This document shows positions 58,489-64,000 of a stretch of DNA of 64,000 nt, in pieces; position 1 is the stretch's first letter; every line of letters begins with the position of its first letter. Position numbers and translations under genes: made by a program. Origin of the DNA: an uncultured Actinomycetes bacterium (GTDB lineage Bacteria; Actinomycetota; Thermoleophilia; Gaiellales; Gaiellaceae); assembly GCA_963830885.1 (NCBI GenBank), contig CAWHOA010000020.1:3707-67706 (forward strand), written 5' to 3'. A model generated the notes under the pieces. The model saw only the letters and a list, made by a program, of their open reading frames with translations, ran no database searches and was not told the DNA's origin.

Positions 58489-59969
58489 TGGCCGAGGTCG
58501 AGAAGCGGCAAGACCGCTCGCCCGTTCCCTCCGCCTTCGAGTACGCCGAGGCGCCGGAGTCGCGCGACATCGTCCGGCTCGAGGATCGCTACGGCCTCTT
58601 CGTCGGCGGGGAGTGGGTGGAGCCGCGCTCGGCCGAGTTCCAGGCGAGCGTCGCCCCGCGCGACGAAGAGCCGCTCGCGGAGGTCGCCTACGCGGGCGCC
58701 GAGGACGTCGACCTCGCCGTCGGAGCTGCCCGCGACGCCTTCGCCAACGGCTGGTCCGAGCTGGCGCCGAGCGAGCGCGCGAAGTACCTCTTCCGCATCG
58801 CGCGGGTCCTCCAGGAGCGCTCGCGCGAGTTCGCGGTGCTGGAGTCACTCGACGGCGGCAAGCCGATCCGCGAGTCGCGGGACGTCGACCTCCCGCTCTC
58901 GGCAGCGCACTTCTTCTACTACGCGGGGTGGGCCGACAAGCTCGAGTACGCCTTCCCCAACCGCCGCCCCAAGCCGATCGGCGTCGCCGGCCAGATCATC
59001 CCCTGGAACTTCCCGCTGCTCATGCTCTCCTGGAAGATCGCGCCGGCGCTCGCGGCCGGGAACACCGTCGTGCTGAAGCCGGCCGAGACGACGCCGCTCA
59101 CGGCGCTGCTCTTCGCCGACGTGCTCCGCCAGGCCGAGCTGCCGCCGGGGGTGGTCAACATCGTCACCGGCGACGGGCGCGCGGGCGCCGAGCTCGTGCA
59201 GCACGCGGGCGTCGACAAGATCGCGTTCACCGGCTCGACCGAGGTCGGCAAGGAGATCATGCGCGCCGTCGCGGGGACCGGGAAGAAGCTGACGCTCGAG
59301 CTCGGGGGCAAGGCGGCCAACATCATCTTCGACGATGCCCCACTCGACCAGGCGGTCGAGGGGATCATCAACGGCATCTACTTCAACCAGGGCCACGTCT
59401 GCTGCGCCGGCTCGCGCCTGTTCGTGCAGGAGTCCGTGTACGAAGAGGTCGTCGCCAAGCTGAAGCGCCGAATGGAGACGCTGCGCGTGGGCGACCCGCT
59501 GGACAAGAACACCGACGTCGGCGCCATCAACTCGCGCGCGCAGCTCGAGCGGATCCAGGAGCTCGTCGCGACCGGGGAGGAGGAGGGCGCCGAGATCTAC
59601 CAGCCGCCCTGCCGGCTGCCGGAGAAGGGCTGGTGGTTCCCGCCGACCGTCTTCACGAACGTCGCGCAGAGCTACCGGATCGCGCAGGAGGAGATCTTCG
59701 GCCCCGTGCTCTCGGTGCTGACCTTCCGCACGCCCGACGAGGCGGTCGAGAAGGCGAACAACACGCCCTACGGCCTCTCCGCCGGGGTGTGGACGGAGAA
59801 GGGCTCGCGCATCCTCTCCATGGCGCAGCGCCTGCGCGCGGGCGTCGTCTGGGCGAACACCTACAACCGCTTCGACCCGACCTCGCCGTTCGGCGGCTAC
59901 AAGGAGTCGGGCTTCGGCCGGGAGGGCGGCCTGCACGGGCTGGCGCCGTACCTGGAGCTCGGCGAATGA
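58488..59969 (+). CDS. NAD(P)-dependent aldehyde dehydrogenase
   Basis: IIPWNFPLLM, FTGSTEVGK, the catalytic Glu in LTLELGGKAA and the catalytic Cys in FNQGHVCCAGSRLFV. The TGATG overlaps the deoC stop. Confidence 0.9.
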   Translation: MAEVEKRQDRSPVPSAFEYAEAPESRDIVRLEDRYGLFVGGEWVEPRSAEFQASVAPRDEEPLAEVAYAGAEDVDLAVGAARDAFANGWSELAPSERAKYLFRIARVLQERSREFAVLESLDGGKPIRESRDVDLPLSAAHFFYYAGWADKLEYAFPNRRPKPIGVAGQIIPWNFPLLMLSWKIAPALAAGNTVVLKPAETTPLTALLFADVLRQAELPPGVVNIVTGDGRAGAELVQHAGVDKIAFTGSTEVGKEIMRAVAGTGKKLTLELGGKAANIIFDDAPLDQAVEGIINGIYFNQGHVCCAGSRLFVQESVYEEVVAKLKRRMETLRVGDPLDKNTDVGAINSRAQLERIQELVATGEEEGAEIYQPPCRLPEKGWWFPPTVFTNVAQSYRIAQEEIFGPVLSVLTFRTPDEAVEKANNTPYGLSAGVWTEKGSRILSMAQRLRAGVVWANTYNRFDPTSPFGGYKESGFGREGGLHGLAPYLELGE

Positions 59970-60760
59970 GCCGCCTGCCCGTCCGGAAGACCTACAAGCT
60001 CGCCATCGGCGGCAAGTTCCCACGCTCGGAGTCGGGGCGCACCTACGAGGTCGAGGGCGCGAACGTCGCGCTCGCCTCGCGCAAGGACGTTCGTGACGCG
60101 GTGCGCGCCGCGCGCGGCGCGTTCCCCGGCTGGGCGGCGGCGACCGCGTACAACCGCGGCCAGGTGCTCTACCGCGTGGCCGAGATGATGGAAGGCCGCA
60201 AGGCCGAGTTCGCGGAGCTGACCGGCGACGCCGCCGAGGTCGACGCCGCGATCGACCGGTGGGTCTGGTACGCCGGCTGGGCCGACAAGCTCGCTCAGGT
60301 GCTCGGCGCCTCGAACCCGGTGGCCGGGCCCTACTTCAACTTCACCGTGCCCGAGCCCATGGGGATCGCCGGGATCGTCGCGCCCGAGGAGCCGCCGCTT
60401 GCCGGCCTCGTCTCGCGTCTCGCGCCCGCGCTCGTCGGCGGCAACGTGGCCGTCGTGCTCGCTTCCGAGCACCGCCCGCTCGCCGGGGTGACGCTCGCCG
60501 AGGTGCTCGCGACCTCGGACGTCCCCGGCGGCGTCGTCAACCTCCTCACCGGTCGCAAGCGGGAGCTGGCCCCGGTCCTCGCCGGGCACATGGACGTGAA
60601 CGCGCTCGACCTGGCCGGGGTGGACGGCGACGCAGCCGAGCTCGAGCGGCTCGCGGCCGACAACGTCAAGCGCGTCGTCCGCAACGGCGAGGGGCAGTCG
60701 CCGTGGCATGCTGCGGCGTTCCTCGAGCTCAAGACCGTCTGGCACCCGATCGGCGTATAG
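59966..60760 (+). CDS. truncated aldehyde dehydrogenase-like protein (cofactor-binding half only)
   Basis: KLAIGGKF...AFPGWAAATAYNRGQVLYRVAEMM...GIVAPEEPPLAGLVSRLAPALVGGNVAVVLASE. It ends before any ELGG Glu or catalytic Cys segment. The ATGA overlaps the upstream ALDH. Confidence 0.7.
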   Translation: MSRLPVRKTYKLAIGGKFPRSESGRTYEVEGANVALASRKDVRDAVRAARGAFPGWAAATAYNRGQVLYRVAEMMEGRKAEFAELTGDAAEVDAAIDRWVWYAGWADKLAQVLGASNPVAGPYFNFTVPEPMGIAGIVAPEEPPLAGLVSRLAPALVGGNVAVVLASEHRPLAGVTLAEVLATSDVPGGVVNLLTGRKRELAPVLAGHMDVNALDLAGVDGDAAELERLAADNVKRVVRNGEGQSPWHAAAFLELKTVWHPIGV

Positions 60761-60794
60761 ATGCCTGGCCGGTGCGTCTAAGCTTTCCTCCTTC

Positions 60795-61394
60795 GTGAGC
60801 CGGTTCAGCGAGGCGATCTCCGAGGGCGACGGCATCTCCGTCATCCCCGTGCTCGAGGGTGACGTCGAGACCCTGGCCGCGATCGCGGAGGAGGCGGGGG
60901 CGGAGGGGGTCGCGGTGCGCGTGGCGGACGTCGAGCGCGTTCGGGCCCACACCGGGCTTCCGATCCTCGTGCGCGACGGCGACCCCGAGGCGGCCGCCGG
61001 AGCGGGGGCGGACGCCGTGGTCGTTCCGTACGAGGTTGCCGGGGACGACGGTCGCCTCGAGCTGCTCTACGAGCTCGACCTCGACTTCGCCGTCGACGTG
61101 CGCGACGAGGAGGAGCTCGAGGACGTGCTCGAGCGCATCGACCCGGAGATCGTGCTCATCTCGGAGCGCGGCGTCGACGACGAGGTGGAAGATCTCGAGC
61201 TCACGCTGGACCTGCTCGCCGACGTGCCCGCCGGGAAGCTCGTCGTCTCGGAGGCGCGGATCGTCTCCCACGAGCAGGTGCTCGCGCTCGAGCGGGCAGG
61301 GGTCGACGCCATCCTCGTGCACGGCCTGCCGGGCGACGCCGCCTTCCGGGCCGCGCTCGAGGAGATCGTCCACGGGCCCGAAGCCGGGCTCTAG
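60795..61394 (+). CDS. indole-3-glycerol-phosphate synthase-like TIM-barrel protein (degenerate, hypothetical)
   Basis: FSEAISEGDGISVIPVLEGD...FAVDVRDEEELEDVLERIDPEIVLISERG...LVVSEARIVSHEQVLALERAGVDAILV resembles TrpC but lacks the K-x-SPS segment. Start uncertain. Confidence 0.45.
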   Translation: MSRFSEAISEGDGISVIPVLEGDVETLAAIAEEAGAEGVAVRVADVERVRAHTGLPILVRDGDPEAAAGAGADAVVVPYEVAGDDGRLELLYELDLDFAVDVRDEEELEDVLERIDPEIVLISERGVDDEVEDLELTLDLLADVPAGKLVVSEARIVSHEQVLALERAGVDAILVHGLPGDAAFRAALEEIVHGPEAGL

Positions 61395-61511
61395 CCCGGC
61401 CGCGGCCGACGCGGACCTCTCCGTCAAGGCCGCTGGGAGGACGATTGCGTGCCAACGGCGTTCCAGCGCCAGTCGGGCTCGCTCCACCGCCGCTGATACA
61501 CGGGCGCCCGC

Positions 61512-61588
61512 GGAGGGGCCGGCCGCTGGCCTCCCTCCGCTGCAACCGTAACGAGAAGAAGCGCACCGGTGGGGCACGGAAGCGTGCC
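61512..61588. terminator. hairpins in the convergent spacer between the IGPS-like gene and pfkA
   Basis: GGAGGGGCC-ggccgct-GGCC(tc)CCTCC (61512-61538) and GGCACG-gaag-CGTGCC (61573-61588). The latter lies 12 nt past the pfkA stop and is followed on the reverse strand by CTTCTTCTCGTT. Confidence 0.3.
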
Positions 61589-61600
61589 GAAACCGTGCCG

Positions 61601-62650
61601 TTAGCCGAAGAAGGTCTTCGCCGCTTCGTAGAACTCGGGCGGGACGGTCTTGAGCTCGGCGACCGCGTCCTTGAGCGAGACCTCGACCACATCGTCGCCG
61701 TGGAGGGCCGCCATCGTCCCCCAGCGCGCCTCGTGGACGAGGTCGGCTGCCTTGAGCCCGTAGCGGGTGGCGAGGACACGGTCGCGCGGGGTCGGCGTCC
61801 CGCCGCGCTGGACGTGCCCGAGGACGGTGACGCGGGTCTCGTAGCCGGTGCGCTCCGCGATCTCCCCGGCGAGGACGTCGCCGACGCCGCCCAGGCGGAC
61901 GTGGCCGAACTGGTCGGTGGCGGCGGGCGCCTGGGCGATCTGCTGCTTCTCGCCCGACGCGTAGGTGAGCTCGTACCCCTCGCTGACGACGACGATGGAG
62001 AAGTCCTTGCCGCGCTCGTGGCGGCGCTGGATGTCCGCGCAGGCCTCCTCGATCGTGATCGGATGCTCGGGGATGAGGATCACGTCGGCGCCGCCGGCCA
62101 TGCCGCTCATGACGGCGATCCAGCCCGTGTGGCGGCCCATGACCTCGACGACCATGACGCGGTTGTGCGACTCGGCGGTCGTGTGCAGCCTGTCGATCGC
62201 CTCCGTGGCGACGGTGAGCGCCGTGTCGAAGCCGAAGGTGTAGTCCGTCGCCGAGAGGTCGTTGTCGATCGTCTTGGGAACGCCGACCACCGGAAACGAG
62301 TGCTCCTCGAACAACCGCGAGGCGACGCCCAGCGTGTCCTCGCCGCCGATGGCGACCAGGGCGTCGAGGCCCTCCCCGGCGAAGCGCTCGAGCACGCGCT
62401 CGACGCCGCCGTCGATCTTGTACGGGTTGGTGCGCGTCGTCCCGAGGATGGTGCCGCCCCGCGGCAGGATCCCCGAGATCGCGCGGTCGTCGAGCGGCTG
62501 GAGCTTGCCGTCCACCAGGCCGCGCCAGCCTTCGCGCACTCCGACGACCTCGTACCCGCGATCCAGCGAGCGCCGTGTCACCGCTCTGATGACCGCGTTC
62601 AGCCCTGGGCAGTCGCCTCCACCGGTCAGGAGCGCAACTCGTTTGCCCAT
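61601..62650 (-). CDS. pfkA: 6-phosphofructokinase
   Basis: VALLTGGGDCPGLNAVIRAV, AIGGEDTL, GVPKTIDNDL and VMGRHTGWIA. Confidence 0.93.
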   Translation of the reverse strand: MGKRVALLTGGGDCPGLNAVIRAVTRRSLDRGYEVVGVREGWRGLVDGKLQPLDDRAISGILPRGGTILGTTRTNPYKIDGGVERVLERFAGEGLDALVAIGGEDTLGVASRLFEEHSFPVVGVPKTIDNDLSATDYTFGFDTALTVATEAIDRLHTTAESHNRVMVVEVMGRHTGWIAVMSGMAGGADVILIPEHPITIEEACADIQRRHERGKDFSIVVVSEGYELTYASGEKQQIAQAPAATDQFGHVRLGGVGDVLAGEIAERTGYETRVTVLGHVQRGGTPTPRDRVLATRYGLKAADLVHEARWGTMAALHGDDVVEVSLKDAVAELKTVPPEFYEAAKTFFG

Positions 62651-62742
62651 TCGTCTAACTTCAGCTCCCTACGGTCGTCTCTTTGGACGAACCCATTCTG
62701 ATCGATGCGACCGTTAGAGCGTGGTGAGGAGGTGGTGACGGA

Positions 62743-62827
62743 TGCCGAAGGCGGGAATCGAACCCGCACGGGGCCATGCCCCACTGGATTTTGAGTCCAG
62801 CGCGTCTGCCAGTTCCGCCACTTCGGC
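62743..62827 (-). tRNA. tRNA-Leu (anticodon CAA)
   Basis: Reverse complement GCCGAAGTGGCGGAACTGGCAGACGCGCTGGACTCAAAATCCAGTGGGGCATGGCCCCGTGCGGGTTCGATTCCCGCCTTCGGCA. Has a long variable arm and anticodon loop CTCAAAA. Confidence 0.93.
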
Positions 62828-62860
62828 GCGCTCCATGGCGTCCATCGTATCGGCAGGGGG

Positions 62861-62890
62861 TTGCAAGGGCGTTGAGTCCGGGTTCATAAT
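62861..62890 (+). promoter_or_regulatory. candidate sigma-70-type promoter for the solute-binding protein gene
   Basis: TTGCAA (62861-62866), an 18-nt spacer, then CATAAT (62885-62890). Confidence 0.4.
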
Positions 62891-62958
62891 CGCGGGCACC
62901 TTCTGACGGTGCTCGCCGGGCGCAGCGCCGAAATGGAATCGGGCGAAGAGGAGGAGTG

Positions 62959-64000
62959 GTGAAACGAAGGACGATTTTGGCGTTACTCGTGTCTGCTGGT
63001 CGGCGCGTTCGCCTTTGCGGCAGCGGGCTGCGGCGGCGACGACGACGACGAGACGACACCGGCCGCGACGGGTGGGGAGACCGACGGCGAGGCTGCTCCG
63101 GCTGATCTCCCGCCGGTCACGCCGCTGCCGTCGGCATCGTGCACCGATGTCGAATACGAAGGCGAAGGCGATCCCCAGGCCATAATCGCGACGGACATGC
63201 CGCTGCAGGGATCCTCGCGAACCCAGTCGCTGCAGGTCAGTGGTGCGGTTCGGCAGTACCTCGACTCGAGCAACTGGAAGGCCGGGAACATCAACATCGG
63301 CTACCAGTCGTGCGACGATGCGACGGCCCAGGCCGCCTCGTGGGATTCGGCCAAGTGCAGCTCGAACGGGAACTCCTACGCGGCGGAGCCGAGCATGCTC
63401 GGGCTGATCGGCACGTTCAACTCGGGCTGCGCCGCAGATCATCATCCCGATCCTGAATCAGGCGCCGGGCGGCGCCATGGCGATGGTCTCGCCGGCGAAC
63501 ACGTACGTCTGCATTACGCAGACCGCCCCTGCCTGCGCGGACGACGAGCCGGACAAGTACTACCCGACCGGCACCCGCAACTACGCGCGGGTCGTGGCCA
63601 ACGATGCCTACCAGGGCGCGGCCGTGGCCGAGTTCATGCAGGCGAACGGGGTCACGAAGCTGTACCTCCTCAACGATGAGCAGGCGTACGGCCTCGGCGT
63701 CGCCTCGAACACCCGGGACGCGGCGGAGTTCCTCGGTATCGAGGTCGTCGGCTTCGAGGCGTGGGATGCGAAGGCCTCGAACTACGAGGCGCTCATGAAC
63801 CAGGTCAAGGAGTCGGGAGCTGACGCTCTGTTCCTCGGCGGCCTGACCGACGAGAACGGCGCCCAGCTCATCAAGGACAAGGTGAAGGTGCTCGGCCCGA
63901 ACGACGGCGACGTCGCGCTGTACATGCCGGACGGCTTCTACCAGCAGTCGTCGATCGACGAGGCGGGTGTCGAGAACACGCGCAACGCCTACTTCTCGGT
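62959..64000 (+). CDS. branched-chain amino acid (LivJ-like) ABC transporter substrate-binding lipoprotein, partial, with two apparent frame disruptions
   Basis: VKRRTILALLV, then after a shift near 62990 LLVGAFAFAAAGCGGDDDD (lipobox)...IGTFNSGCAA, then after a shift near 63437 IIIPILNQAPGGAMAMVSPANTY...NYARVVANDAYQGAAVAEFM...LFLGG. Runs off the window. GGAGG at 62950-62954. Confidence 0.75.

Overview
Very GC-rich window (third codon positions are almost all G/C). By inference it is an Actinobacteria-type core chromosome, and the gene order resembles Thermoleophilia/Rubrobacteria. It is densely packed with housekeeping operons, listed here in order. (1) cysW-cysT-sbp sulfate uptake (reverse strand), a DUF167 gene, then tig-clpP-clpX. 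(2) A reverse-strand trio: DUF4394 protein, Cys-rich lipoprotein and TPR-adenylate cyclase. (3) valS-folC, three small membrane proteins, then ndk-maf. (4) A decayed IS200-like element. (5) mreB-mreC-mreD-mrdA-rodA plus two uncharacterised genes. (6) rne-rplU-rpmA-obg-nadD-rsfS and tRNA-Ala. (7) A beta-propeller protein, a K+ channel, ltrA and a DUF1028 gene (reverse strand). (8) leuS, a MarP-like protease, a DNRLRE protein and comEA-comEC-holA. (9) rpsT / murJ-lepA-hemW-hrcA-dnaJ-prmA-mtaB-HIT-yqeY. (10) phoH-ybeY-dgkA/PAP2-cdd-era. (11) An M3 peptidase, a LysE exporter and a mini-metzincin. (12) deoC with two ALDH genes, an IGPS-like gene, pfkA, tRNA-Leu and a truncated solute-binding protein. 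I saw no defence island, CRISPR array, prophage or rRNA. The main structure not explained by genes is a ~164-nt non-coding repeat with terminal inverted repeats and a conserved internal hairpin. It occurs three times, each time just 3' of a stop codon and co-oriented with transcription. Other points: an IS200/IS605-type HUH transposase pseudogene bounded by two near-identical palindromes; about nine single-base frame disruptions in otherwise conserved genes, most at G/C runs and most likely sequence-quality artefacts; an AT-rich dyad cluster upstream of the sulfate operon; and likely leaderless valS and hrcA. Gene starts are approximate wherever only GTG/TTG candidates exist.
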